From the NCBI GenBank assembly GCA_016794465.1, contig JAEUKA010000043.1, positions 47,821 to 111,820 of the forward strand: a stretch of DNA of 64,000 nucleotides. Reading direction: 5' to 3'. Shown here piece by piece: positions 27,948 to 37,487 of the stretch. The number at the start of each line of letters is the position of its first letter. Position 1 is the first letter of the stretch. This DNA is from Myxococcales bacterium. Lineage in GTDB: Bacteria; Myxococcota_A; Polyangia; Palsa-1104; JAEUJZ01. Below the pieces are notes generated by a model that saw only the letters and a list, made by a program, of their open reading frames with translations, searched no databases and was not told the origin of the DNA. Both the position numbers and the translations under genes were made by a program.

Positions 27948-29519
27948 TTAGCTGTCTTTGTCGAACGGCAGCTTGGCGTCGAGGATGCGGAAGAACTGAG
28001 ATGGACTCATCGACGGCTCAGAGACATCCGATTGATCGAATACCGGAGCCTTCTCCGTCACCGCTTTCGCTGCTGCTGCCTTGGCCGCCGTGACCTTGAC
28101 TGCGGCGACAGGCTTGGCGGCTGGGGTTGGCGCTTTTGCCGCTGGGGCTGCTGGCTGTACGTCTGCCGCTGGCTTGGCCACCGCTGCGACAGGCTTGGAC
28201 TCGATGGCGGGCTTGGCCGCTGCAGCTGGCTTGGCCGCAGCTACCGGCTTGGCTTCCACCGCTGGCTTGGCCGCAGCTACCGGCTTGGCTTCTACCACCG
28301 GCTTGGCTTCTACCACCGGCTTGGCTTCCACCGCTGGCTTGGCCGCAGCTACCGGCTTGGCTTCCACTGGCTTGGCGGCTACTACCGGCTTGGCGGCTAC
28401 CACCGGCTTGGCTTCCACCACCGCTGGCTTGGCTTCCACCACCGGCTTGGCTTCTACCACCGCTGGTTTGGCTTCTACCACCGCTGGCTTGGCTTCTACC
28501 ACCGCCGGCTTGGCTTCTACCACCGCTGGCTTGGCTTCCACTGCCGGTGCTGTCGGCTTGGCGGCTCGACTGATGGCCGGCAGCTTGATTCCCCGAGGCG
28601 CTTCCATCGCAGCCGGTGAGGCCGTCTTGACTGCCGGAATGCTGGGACTCGACGCTGGAACGGCGCGACTTGGGGCTGCTGTCGCGGGCGGAATCGACTT
28701 GCGGGCCTCACGGGAAACCCCGGGCAGGAGCGACTCTGAGGGCCGACGAGGCGGCGGTGCCACCGCCATTGCTGGGGCCGATGGATCAACGAGCAGATCT
28801 CGATCGGCAATCAAGACATCCGCCAAGCTCAGCTCACCGGCAGAGTCGCCGCCCTGACGGTGGTCCGCTTCGGCCACTGGCTCGGGCGCTCGCACCGGCT
28901 CGGGCGCTCGCACCGGCTCGGGGGGCCGCACTGGCTCGGGCGCTCGCACTGGCTCGGGCGCTCGCACTGGCTCGCTGCCACGCGGAGGGGTCAGCGGGCG
29001 CGGCGGCTCCGGCGTACGCTCGGGCGCTCGCACCGGCTCGGGCCGCCGATTGCCCATGGTCATTCCCGGGGTAGGTGCTGGCGCTCGTGGTACCGGATCG
29101 CTGCCGGAGATCCGCTGAATCATCGCCGCCGGGGACATCCGATCGAGGATCTGCGTCTCGTCACTGCTAAAGCCCGGCTGCGCGCCCGCCGGACCCGGCC
29201 ACGGCAGGCTCGGACCTGGACCCGAACCTGGCCCCGGACCTGGACCCGGCCCCGAGCCTGGACTTGCCGACGCGGACTGCTGCGCTTTGAGCAACGCCGG
29301 CGCCAGCTCTCGATCGAGAAACTCCAGCAGGATCTGTAGCTGCGACACGAACTCCTCGGCGAGTGGCTTGTTGCGTCGCAGTGCGTCAAACGCCGACCAG
29401 TACGGCGACGCATTCAAGTTGATGCCAACGCTGGTGGCCTCGAAGAACTGTTTGACGTTGCCAAGGTGTTCGAGCAGCTTCGCCCGGAGAGCACGGGGAT
29501 CAGAGCCTATGGGGAGCAT
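27948..29519 (-). CDS. low-complexity Pro/Ala/Lys/Val/Glu repeat protein (about 30 AKP(A/V)VE-type repeats, 6x EPVRAP, (GP)n tract) with a short ordered N-terminal domain
   Basis: strong 15-18-bp DNA periodicity on the minus strand; no TM segment or signal peptide; coding-frame repeats explain the spurious plus-strand ORFs at 28032-28857. Confidence 0.6.
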   Translation of the reverse strand: MLPIGSDPRALRAKLLEHLGNVKQFFEATSVGINLNASPYWSAFDALRRNKPLAEEFVSQLQILLEFLDRELAPALLKAQQSASASPGSGPGPGPGPGSGPGPSLPWPGPAGAQPGFSSDETQILDRMSPAAMIQRISGSDPVPRAPAPTPGMTMGNRRPEPVRAPERTPEPPRPLTPPRGSEPVRAPEPVRAPEPVRPPEPVRAPEPVRAPEPVAEADHRQGGDSAGELSLADVLIADRDLLVDPSAPAMAVAPPPRRPSESLLPGVSREARKSIPPATAAPSRAVPASSPSIPAVKTASPAAMEAPRGIKLPAISRAAKPTAPAVEAKPAVVEAKPAVVEAKPAVVEAKPAVVEAKPVVEAKPAVVEAKPVVAAKPVVAAKPVEAKPVAAAKPAVEAKPVVEAKPVVEAKPVAAAKPAVEAKPVAAAKPAAAAKPAIESKPVAAVAKPAADVQPAAPAAKAPTPAAKPVAAVKVTAAKAAAAKAVTEKAPVFDQSDVSEPSMSPSQFFRILDAKLPFDKDS

Positions 29520-30151
29520 TGTCTCTTAGGTTCTCGCAACTTGCCGAATTCCGCAAGGCTGGAGCTCCCGTCGCCAACTGCAGGCGAAGCCTCCCAAAAC
29601 AGCAGCACCGTATCGCCATAGCGGCGCGTGTCCGTACACAGCAGCTCTCCGCGATGAGTCCCGATGGACAGCGAGTCAGCGTGGCGCAGGTCCGTCTCGA
29701 TCACCACCCGACCCGTCTCCGTCAGGCAGCTCGCCGCATGCAGCGCCAGCCAGTCGAGCAGCCGCCCAAGCTCTCCCGAGGCATAGGGCGGGTCCGCCAA
29801 GAGAAGCTCCACCGGCTCGCTCGGCGGCTTCCCAGCAAGAAATCGTGACAGCGGCGCGTGAACCACCTGCGTGCGCGACGCCAGCCCCAGGTCAACCAGA
29901 TTCTGCCGCAGCACCCGACATGCGATCGGATCACTATCGACGAAGATCGCCTGACCGGCGCCTCGCGACAGCGCCTCGATCCCCAGCGCACCACTGCCCG
30001 CACACAGATCCCAGACGGTGCAGCCCGGCGGCAGCGGTCCCAAGATGTTAAACAGCGCCTGACGGACACGCTCGGCAGTGGGCCGCGTGGTCAGCCCCGG
30101 CGGGGTGCGCAGCCGCCGACCACCCAAGGTTCCGGCGACGATACGAATCAT
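29507..30151 (-). CDS. rsmD: 16S rRNA (guanine966-N2)-methyltransferase
   Basis: MIRIVAGTLGGRRL...DLCAGSGALGIEALSRGA...LLLADPPY motifs. Confidence 0.85.
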   Translation of the reverse strand: MIRIVAGTLGGRRLRTPPGLTTRPTAERVRQALFNILGPLPPGCTVWDLCAGSGALGIEALSRGAGQAIFVDSDPIACRVLRQNLVDLGLASRTQVVHAPLSRFLAGKPPSEPVELLLADPPYASGELGRLLDWLALHAASCLTETGRVVIETDLRHADSLSIGTHRGELLCTDTRRYGDTVLLFWEASPAVGDGSSSLAEFGKLREPKRQCSP

Positions 30152-30173
30152 GGTGGGAAGCGAGAGGCGCGGG

Positions 30174-31916
30174 CTACGAGCCAGCGAGTGCGTGGAAGGC
30201 GATGCCAGGGATCTTGAGCCACGACGGCTCTGCTTCAAAGCGCACCATCCGCTCGGCCACTTCATGGGAGCGCTTGTGGGTCACAAACCACGGCGGCTTC
30301 GGCGAAGGCGTCAGCGGTCCGCGCAGGATCGCTTTTTCAATGCCCTCGAACATGAACGTGTTGTGGACGTAGCCCAGGCCGCTCTGGATATCGAGCAGCG
30401 TCGCCGACGGATGACCACCCCACGGCGGCGTCATCGCACCATAGGCCACCGCCGGCCAGTGATTGATCGCGACCACACCGTAGCGCAGCTGGTCGCAGGC
30501 CTTTTCGACCGCCGCTGCCACGTCCGGCTGCTTCTCCGTCACGGCTGACATATACATCGAGCAGCTAAGCGTGCCCCACAGCCGGTCGTTGGCAAACCGC
30601 GCCGCCGCCTGCACAAACTCCGCAGCGTCTTTTTCCGGCAGCGCCACCTCAGAGATGATCGAACAGAACGGCTCGGTCGAGAACAGCGGCTCCTCGGCGT
30701 TCTTCGGATTGACATCACGAATCAGCGTCCACGGCAGCTCTCCATCGCCCGCCCGTCCGAGCCGCGTCACCGTCTTGCCCGCCGTCAGCTTGGCAAAGCG
30801 GTCTTGCGCGCCCGGATAATAGGCTCGCCGCGTCGGCAGCTCTTGCAGGATCTCCTGCAGCGTCGTCAGCAGCTCTTGCCGCTGCGGCCACGACTCCGAG
30901 ACAACCAGGATCTTGGCGGCGTTGCAGTTGAACGAGCCATTGTTCACCACCTGCGTCGCCAGGTTTTCCGCCAGCATCCGCAGCTCGCCCGCCGAGTAGC
31001 TACCCGGCACCACCATCACCGGCGTCACACAGCCCAGCTCACTGGTGATGTTCTTTTTCAGCAGCGGATCGTTCTGTGCCTGCCGACGGGCTCGCTCCTC
31101 ACCCGGAGGACCCCACACGATCATGTCGTGGGTGCGATCCGAGCCGGTGATGTGCACGTCGGCGATCTGCGGGTGATACGACAGATAGCTGCCCACCTCG
31201 GCGCCGCCATAGACGAAGCGCAGATAGCCTCGCTCGATGAGCGGCTGGAACGCTTGCTCGTAAAACGGCCCCAGATACTCGTTGACCGGGTTGAGCTTGA
31301 CGATGCACAGCATGCCCTCGTGGAACATCTTGTAGAGCGCATCCGTCGGTGGAATCGACGCCACATTGCCGGCCCCGAGGATCAGCGACACCCCACCCAG
31401 CGGATCGCGCTTGCTGTAAAAGCTCGCCTGCTGTTCGCGCACCTTGCGATCGTCCCAGCCCGCCTGCATCCGCAGCCGACACGTGAAGCCCGCCGAGATC
31501 GCGTGATCATACGCCTCCCCCGGCAGCACCTGCACTTCGGTCCGACCATCGCGCGCCAGCCGAATCGCCCCCGATGGCAAGGTCGGCTTCCCGACGGTCT
31601 GAATCTGATCGAGCCCCATGATCAGCTTGCGCAGACAGCGCATCGTCACATACGGCCCGCCGAGCCACTCTTCCGCCGCCTGAGGCGTGTCCATCCGCAG
31701 CCCTTTGGCCTGACACGCCGCCGTCACCCACTCTCGCGCCACCGCCAATAGACGCGGCACACAGGCTCGCAGAAGCGCAGCTTTCTCTCTCGCTGCCAGC
31801 CGCGCAAACGGCGTCGCATTCTCGCTGAGGATCGCCAAGTACTTGTCGAGCTCCGCTTGCGTAGTGGCCGTTCGACTTTGGGTGCTACCGCTAAGTTCCA
31901 TGGATGCCGATTGCAT
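30174..31916 (-). CDS. aldehyde dehydrogenase superfamily protein
   Basis: ALDH-like fold over ~580 aa; start chosen at MQSASMELSG, which follows an AGGAGTG RBS. Confidence 0.75.
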   Translation of the reverse strand: MQSASMELSGSTQSRTATTQAELDKYLAILSENATPFARLAAREKAALLRACVPRLLAVAREWVTAACQAKGLRMDTPQAAEEWLGGPYVTMRCLRKLIMGLDQIQTVGKPTLPSGAIRLARDGRTEVQVLPGEAYDHAISAGFTCRLRMQAGWDDRKVREQQASFYSKRDPLGGVSLILGAGNVASIPPTDALYKMFHEGMLCIVKLNPVNEYLGPFYEQAFQPLIERGYLRFVYGGAEVGSYLSYHPQIADVHITGSDRTHDMIVWGPPGEERARRQAQNDPLLKKNITSELGCVTPVMVVPGSYSAGELRMLAENLATQVVNNGSFNCNAAKILVVSESWPQRQELLTTLQEILQELPTRRAYYPGAQDRFAKLTAGKTVTRLGRAGDGELPWTLIRDVNPKNAEEPLFSTEPFCSIISEVALPEKDAAEFVQAAARFANDRLWGTLSCSMYMSAVTEKQPDVAAAVEKACDQLRYGVVAINHWPAVAYGAMTPPWGGHPSATLLDIQSGLGYVHNTFMFEGIEKAILRGPLTPSPKPPWFVTHKRSHEVAERMVRFEAEPSWLKIPGIAFHALAGS

Positions 31917-31990
31917 AGGTTCACTCCTACCACAGGCCGATTCGCTGACACCACATCGACCTTCGACGCGGGCCACGCAGGCACGGAACG

Positions 31991-33451
31991 CTAGCGCTGC
32001 GTCCGATTGCGCAAGATCGATACGTTGTTGCTGTTGTAGTTGGCGGTCACGATGTCGGGCTTGCCATCGAGGTTCAGATCCTTGACGACCATGCCGTAGG
32101 GCGTCGAGCCGGTGGTGATGTATTGCGGAGGCTCAAACCCACCGCTGCCATCGCCGAGGTAGATGCCGACGCTGTCATCCCCCGCGCTGACCACCACCAG
32201 ATCCTGCTTGCCATCGCCATCGATGTCAGCAAACGCCACCGCCCGAGGATCTCTGCCCGTCGCTGGTGACGGCTCGATCGAGGTGAAGCTGCCGTCGCCA
32301 GTGCCTTTTAGTACCGACACCGAGCGCCCCGAATAGCTCAGCGCCGCCAGGTCTTTTTTGCCATCGCCGTTCACGTCGCCAGCGGCCAGCGCCAAGACCT
32401 GATTGCCAACGGTAGTGTTCTTTGGTCCCGAGAACACGCCACCGCTGTTGCCAATGAACACCGACACCGACGAGTCCATGTAGTTGGCCGTCACCAGCTC
32501 TGGATACACGTCCCCAGTCAGATCCTCCAGCAGCAGCGCCGACGGTGAGCTCATTGCCTTGAGGCTATAGGTCGCCCCGTTCACAAAAGAAAAGCCCGGC
32601 GTCACACTGGTGTTCTTCAGAACGATGACGCTATCGCCCGTGCGCGGCGCGACAATGATGTCCGGCTTGCCGTCTCCATCGAGATCGCGCGCCACCACCG
32701 CCGTGGGATTCCGCCCGACAGTGTAGGGAATGGGCGCCATAAACCCACCTCCACCCGTACCGCTCAAGATCGCCAGATCCTGCGCGCTGCCGTTGTTGCA
32801 CACGACCGCGATGTCGGCGATGCGGTTGCCATTGAAGTCGGCCACCGCCAAGGCAGTCGGACCGACCGGCGTCGGATAGACCATGCCATTCATATAGTTT
32901 AGGTTCGCCGCCAGCACCGAGACATCCGAAGAGCCATCGTTGGCAGTGATGATCTCCGGTCCACCGTCGCCATTGGTGTCTTCCGCGATCACTGCGACCG
33001 GCTTGGTTCCGACGGCGATGCGCTCTGATGAAAAGTCCAGCAGCACGCGTACATATCCAAACAGACCGGTGGCCACCGCAAAGCTGCCATCGACGTTCCG
33101 CACCGTCACCGGCACCTGGCCCGTCACTCCGTTTGACGCCGGTGCCAGCGCCTGAATCTGAGTCGACGACAGCACCTGTACCTGCGTCGCCAGCTGGTTG
33201 CCAAACGCCACCGTCGCCCCTTGGGCAAAGCCACTTCCATACACAGCGACGGGAGTTCCCCCGGTCATCCCGCCCACTGCTGGGCTGACACTCGTTACCG
33301 CAATCGCCCCGACCCCGCCCATGTCGTTGGGAGGAAGTCCAGTTCCGCTGGCCGGATCACAGCTCGAAACGGCACCAGCCAACAGAAACAGCACTGATCC
33401 GATCGTGAACCAGCTGCCAAACCGAGAAAACGTAGTCTTTTTCGTGAACAT
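31991..33451 (-). CDS. FG-GAP/VCBS-repeat lipoprotein with an IPT/TIG domain
   Basis: lipobox LLAGAVSSC; repeated DxDGDGKxD motifs (DLDGDGKPDIIV, DIDGDGKQDLVVV, DLNLDGKPDIV); start at the ATG after an AAGGAG RBS. Confidence 0.75.
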   Translation of the reverse strand: MFTKKTTFSRFGSWFTIGSVLFLLAGAVSSCDPASGTGLPPNDMGGVGAIAVTSVSPAVGGMTGGTPVAVYGSGFAQGATVAFGNQLATQVQVLSSTQIQALAPASNGVTGQVPVTVRNVDGSFAVATGLFGYVRVLLDFSSERIAVGTKPVAVIAEDTNGDGGPEIITANDGSSDVSVLAANLNYMNGMVYPTPVGPTALAVADFNGNRIADIAVVCNNGSAQDLAILSGTGGGGFMAPIPYTVGRNPTAVVARDLDGDGKPDIIVAPRTGDSVIVLKNTSVTPGFSFVNGATYSLKAMSSPSALLLEDLTGDVYPELVTANYMDSSVSVFIGNSGGVFSGPKNTTVGNQVLALAAGDVNGDGKKDLAALSYSGRSVSVLKGTGDGSFTSIEPSPATGRDPRAVAFADIDGDGKQDLVVVSAGDDSVGIYLGDGSGGFEPPQYITTGSTPYGMVVKDLNLDGKPDIVTANYNSNNVSILRNRTQR

Positions 33452-33728
33452 AGAGGTCAAGTCTCCTTAAGTGCGCGACATGCGCGATGAGAACGGCACA
33501 AGAGTATGGGATCGCGATCTGGGCACGACAAGGTCTGGTCGTGAGCTATCAGACAAAATGATCGATATTTGTTCTGCCTCTTATTGGCCGTGACGGCCGT
33601 AAAGCCACAAAGTCGCGAGGACAACAGCGCTCTGCTTGCTTTCGCCTACAGGGATCGCCTAGCGTGGGTCGCTTGAGAGGAAGCGGCTCCGCACCGTAGG
33701 CGGTCGGACACTTTAGGACAAGGGCAGC

Positions 33729-35039
33729 ATGGCCAACGTGGTGATTGTCGGTGCCCAGTGGGGCGACGAAGGCAAGGGCAAGGTCGTTGACCTCTATACC
33801 GAGTTTGCGGATACGGTGGTGCGGTTCGGGGGGGGCGCCAATGCTGGTCATACGCTCGTCGTCGGTGGGCAGAAGCTTGTAACCCACTTGGTGCCGTCGG
33901 GCGTGCTGCGCGGACGAGGCAAGCGCTGCGTACTTGGCGACGGGATGGTGATTGATCCCGCAACGCTGCTCGAAGAGATTCGCGAGCTGCGCAGCCGAGG
34001 CCTTCTCAGCGACGATCGGGATCTGGTCATCGGAGAGCGCGCCCACGTCATCCTCCCATCGCACAAGATCCTCGATGGACTGCGCGAGCAAGGCAAAGGC
34101 GCACTCGGCACCACCCGTCGCGGCATCGGTCCCGCCTACGAGTCGAAGATGGCTCGGCGGGGCGTCCGGATGCGCGACTTGCTGTCGGCGACCCGGCTGC
34201 GTGAGCGCATTGCCCATCAGCTCGAAGAGACAGCGCCGCAGATTCGCCACCTGGGTGGCACTCCGCCCGACGTGGATGCCGTCACCCAGCAGTACTTGGT
34301 CTATGGCGAAGCGCTGCGCACCCACATCCAAGATGCCACCCGCATCCTTAGTGATGAGATCAAGCGCGGTCAGCACGTCCTTTTCGAGGGTGCCCAAGGC
34401 GCGCTGCTCGACATCGACCACGGCACGTATCCGTTTGTCACCTCTTCCACCACACTCGCCGCCGGAGCCTGCGTCAGCTGTGGCATTGGTCCAACCGCAA
34501 TCTCCTCGGTCATCGGGATCGCCAAGGCGTACACCACCCGCGTAGGTGCGGGCCCGTTCCCAACCGAGCTACATGGCGAGCTCGGTGAGCAGCTGCGACA
34601 GGCCGGCGCCGAGTTTGGTGCCACCACCGGTCGTCCGAGACGCTGTGGCTGGCTCGATATCGCGGCGCTGCGCTTGGCGGTTCGTCTGAACGGGCTGGCG
34701 GGGCTGGCACTTACCAAGCTGGATGTCCTGGCCGGCCAGCGCAAGCTCAAGGTCTGCGTCGGTTACAAGCTCCCGGCAGAGGCTGGCGGCAGTGGAGTCA
34801 GCGATACTCTCGACGAGCTTCCTATCGATCCCGAAGACATTCAGCGCGCAATCCCAGTGTATGAGGAGCTCGATGGCTGGGATGCCGAGCTACGCAATGT
34901 TCGCGAGGTCGAAGATCTTCCGCCCGGTGCCAAGCGTTACATCCGCCGCATCGAAACCCTGCTTGGGATTGACTGCTGTCTCATCTCGGTAGGTCCAGGT
35001 CGGGCAGAAACCATCATGCTCAAGAACCCGTTCAGGTAG
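33729..35039 (+). CDS. purA: adenylosuccinate synthase
   Basis: P-loop GAQWGDEGKGK plus GGANAGHT, with full-length conservation. Confidence 0.95.
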   Translation: MANVVIVGAQWGDEGKGKVVDLYTEFADTVVRFGGGANAGHTLVVGGQKLVTHLVPSGVLRGRGKRCVLGDGMVIDPATLLEEIRELRSRGLLSDDRDLVIGERAHVILPSHKILDGLREQGKGALGTTRRGIGPAYESKMARRGVRMRDLLSATRLRERIAHQLEETAPQIRHLGGTPPDVDAVTQQYLVYGEALRTHIQDATRILSDEIKRGQHVLFEGAQGALLDIDHGTYPFVTSSTTLAAGACVSCGIGPTAISSVIGIAKAYTTRVGAGPFPTELHGELGEQLRQAGAEFGATTGRPRRCGWLDIAALRLAVRLNGLAGLALTKLDVLAGQRKLKVCVGYKLPAEAGGSGVSDTLDELPIDPEDIQRAIPVYEELDGWDAELRNVREVEDLPPGAKRYIRRIETLLGIDCCLISVGPGRAETIMLKNPFR

Positions 35040-35196
35040 GAATGGTTTCCACATTCGCAACAGGTTCGGCCACGATTTCTGGCCACTTTTTTCGGGGGTG
35101 CCCCAGGGTAGAGCGTGCTTGCGGCGCAAAGCGCGCTTCGTATAAGCTGGGCTTCACGGGTCACCGCTTCGAGCACGAAGAGGGGATTTTTCCAAC

Positions 35197-36921
35197 ATGA
35201 AAATCGTCTGCGACAACTGCGCAACCAAGTACCAGATTGCCGACGAAAAGGTCAGCGGCAAAGCGTTCAAGATTCGCTGCAAGAAGTGCGGCCATGTCAT
35301 CGTCGTTGGCAAGAACGCCGACGGCACAGCGTCCTCTCCGGCCGCTGGTGATGCCCCTGCTGAAGCGCCAGCACCGGCCCCAGAGCCGGCAGCCAGCGAC
35401 TCGGTGTGGCACCTCGTGATCGAGCGCGAGCAGGTCGGCCCGATGACTGCCGAGGAAGTGCGCGGCAAGGTCAAGGCAGGCCAGGTCGACGGTGAAACCT
35501 ACGGCTGGAAAGAAGGCTTCGAGGACTGGCTCAAGCTGTCCGCGATAGACGACTTCAAAGAGCTGTTCGCAGGGAAGCCGGCAGAGCAGGCCACCAAGCG
35601 TCTCGATCCGGCAGAGCAGCAGCGCGCGGCGACACCAGTAGCAGCCACTCCAGGTGCTGATCTGATGGCCGCCAATGAACCGGTCAAGACTGCAGCCCCA
35701 ACTGCCGCGACGCTGTATTCAGAAAATGGCGCTGATGCACGAGCAGCCCTCGCAGCAGCCACCGCGCAGCGTGAAGCCCAGCAGGCAGCCCAACAAGCCG
35801 CTCAGCAGCAGGCCGCTCAGCAGCAGGCCGCTCAAGCGCCGGTTGATGGCGGCGGTATGACGGGCGCCCGCAGCGAAAACTCGGTCCTGTTTTCTCTGAA
35901 CAATCTCTCCGCGCTGGCTGGTGGTGGTGGCGGCGGCGGCAGTGGTGCCAGTGCACCAGCAAGCAAGCAAGGCTACGCCAGCGGTCAGTCTGAAGCCTCA
36001 GGCTTGATTGATATCCGAGCAATGGCGGCGCAACACCTCGGTGGACCGATGTCCGGGGCCAACGCCAGCCGAGCGCCGGACCTCTTCGGCGGAGGTGACG
36101 GAGGAGCAGTGTTCGCGCCAGTCGCACCGGCAGTACTGGTCCCAACGGCGCCATCCGAAGGCGTCCCCAAGTGGGTGTGGGCTCTGGTCAGCGTCGGCGG
36201 TGTCTCGATCGTTGGTCTGATCATCTTCCTCGTGGTGTTCCTCTCGGGCTCTCCGCAGCAGCCGGTTGCAAACGGTGGACCTGCGGCAGGAGCAAACAGC
36301 ACAGGAACGACGGGCGCTGTCACACCGGGAACGACGCCTCCAGCTGGTACGACGGTCGGCACGGCTGCAACGCCTGACAAGCCAACGGCCGGCAAGACTG
36401 AGCCTGCGACCAAACCGGAAACAACGGCCAAGGACAGCGGCTCCGGCAGCAAAGCGAGTGGTAAGCCGAGCAAAGTCAGCAAGAGCACCGCCACGTCGGC
36501 CCCGAAAGAGACTGCGCCTCCACCAGAGAAGGCAGGTCCTGGCAAGGCACCGGACGAAGCTCCGCCACCACCGAAGAAGGCTGCGGAGAAGCCCAAGGCG
36601 GCCAAGGATGATCTTGACTCGCTGCTGGATACAGCCTCGAGTGGTTCGGGTGGCAAGCCACAGAAGGCCGAAAAGAAGGATCTGCCGGAGAGCCTCGATC
36701 GCGGCACCATCATGAGCACGCTCAAGGGCGCCAACTTCGCCCCCTGCAAGGCGGAAGGCGCGTCAGGCGTCATCAGTGTCAAGCTCACGATTGGCAAAAA
36801 CGGCAAAGTGTCCGACGCATCTGGACCGAACGACTGCGTGGTCAAGGTCATCAAGGGCGTGAAGTTCCCCGAGTTCAGCGGCGATCCAATGAGCCTGACC
36901 TACCCAGCGCTCATTCGTTAA
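35197..36921 (+). CDS. single-pass membrane protein: N-terminal MJ0042-type zinc ribbon + GYF-like domain, Ala/Gln/Pro-rich linker, TM helix, Pro/Thr-rich periplasmic linker, C-terminal TonB_C-like domain (GltJ-like architecture)
   Basis: MKIVCDNCATKYQI...IRCKKCGHV zinc ribbon; GYF-like W..WK.GFEDW; TM WVWALVSVGGVSIVGLIIFLVVFL; C-terminal ~90 aa TonB-C-like. Confidence 0.75.
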   Translation: MKIVCDNCATKYQIADEKVSGKAFKIRCKKCGHVIVVGKNADGTASSPAAGDAPAEAPAPAPEPAASDSVWHLVIEREQVGPMTAEEVRGKVKAGQVDGETYGWKEGFEDWLKLSAIDDFKELFAGKPAEQATKRLDPAEQQRAATPVAATPGADLMAANEPVKTAAPTAATLYSENGADARAALAAATAQREAQQAAQQAAQQQAAQQQAAQAPVDGGGMTGARSENSVLFSLNNLSALAGGGGGGGSGASAPASKQGYASGQSEASGLIDIRAMAAQHLGGPMSGANASRAPDLFGGGDGGAVFAPVAPAVLVPTAPSEGVPKWVWALVSVGGVSIVGLIIFLVVFLSGSPQQPVANGGPAAGANSTGTTGAVTPGTTPPAGTTVGTAATPDKPTAGKTEPATKPETTAKDSGSGSKASGKPSKVSKSTATSAPKETAPPPEKAGPGKAPDEAPPPPKKAAEKPKAAKDDLDSLLDTASSGSGGKPQKAEKKDLPESLDRGTIMSTLKGANFAPCKAEGASGVISVKLTIGKNGKVSDASGPNDCVVKVIKGVKFPEFSGDPMSLTYPALIR

Positions 36922-36974
36922 GCCGCAAGCGAGCCAGCCCGGTAATGCAGAACCGGGTGATTGTGTTCCCAAAA

Positions 36975-37006
36975 GGCCCAGGCAAAAACCTGGGCTTTTT
37001 GTTTTT
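36975..37006 (+). terminator. rho-independent terminator after the ZnR-GYF gene
   Basis: GGCCCAGG-caaaaa-CCTGGGC followed by TTTTTGTTTTT. Confidence 0.65.
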
Positions 37007-37117
37007 CGCCGCGCTACTTCATGTCGATTTGCTGACGACACCACGTTCCAAAAGACGATTTCTCTATCGGACTGTTGACGTTGTTTGTAAGCGCGTGCTA
37101 CTTAGCTCCCGCTTCTC

Positions 37118-37190
37118 GGGCTTGTAGCTCAACCGGTAGAGCAGCGGCCTTTTAAGCCGTTGGTCGTGGGTTCGAGTCCCACCGAGCCCA
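37118..37190 (+). tRNA. tRNA-Lys (anticodon TTT)
   Basis: cloverleaf with acceptor GGGCTTG/CGAGCCC, anticodon loop CTTTTAA, T-loop GGGTTCGAGTCCCAC and discriminator A; CCA not fully encoded. Confidence 0.9.
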
Positions 37191-37220
37191 CCGAGAGGAA
37201 AGCGCCGGAGCCGCAAGCCT

Positions 37221-37469
37221 TCACTGGCCTTGCGGGAACTCCGGCGGCAGGTTGCGCGGCCGTTGAGGCTGCTCGCCGCCTACCCCAGGCTGACTGAGGT
37301 GCCCTTGTGCCATCAGCAGCAGCACGATGCCTGCGACGCAGCAGAACGTGGCCCAGGCCAGCCCGAGCAGGTGTTTGTAGAGCGGCCGTTCGCGCAGACG
37401 CAGCACCAAGAGTCCTGCGCCCATCACCAGCAGGGCCACTCCGTTGACGATAAGAAACCAGCGCGGCAT
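37221..37469 (-). CDS. small two-TM membrane protein (82 aa)
   Basis: two hydrophobic helices; sits downstream of cysS on the same strand; an overlapping plus-strand ORF looks like GC-frame noise. Confidence 0.4.
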   Translation of the reverse strand: MPRWFLIVNGVALLVMGAGLLVLRLRERPLYKHLLGLAWATFCCVAGIVLLLMAQGHLSQPGVGGEQPQRPRNLPPEFPQGQ

Positions 37470-37487
37470 GAGGTTTGGAGCGCTCTG

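Noticed and set aside
28032-28857. Several plus-strand ORFs (195-258 aa) rich in Leu/Ala/Gly/Trp repeats
   Set aside because: They are out-of-frame or antisense readings of the tandem coding repeats of the minus-strand AKPVVE-repeat gene, which has the only ORF with a sensible start, RBS context and N-terminal domain.
33549-34421. 290-aa minus-strand ORF antisense to purA
   Set aside because: It lies entirely within the highly conserved purA coding frame. Long antisense ORFs are expected in 68% GC DNA, and it has no RBS or motif.
37074-37110. Sigma-70 promoter for tRNA-Lys (TTGACG ... TACTTA)
   Set aside because: The -35 is good, but the best -10 candidate matches TATAAT at only 2-3 positions with 18-nt spacing. 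That is too weak to call without data.
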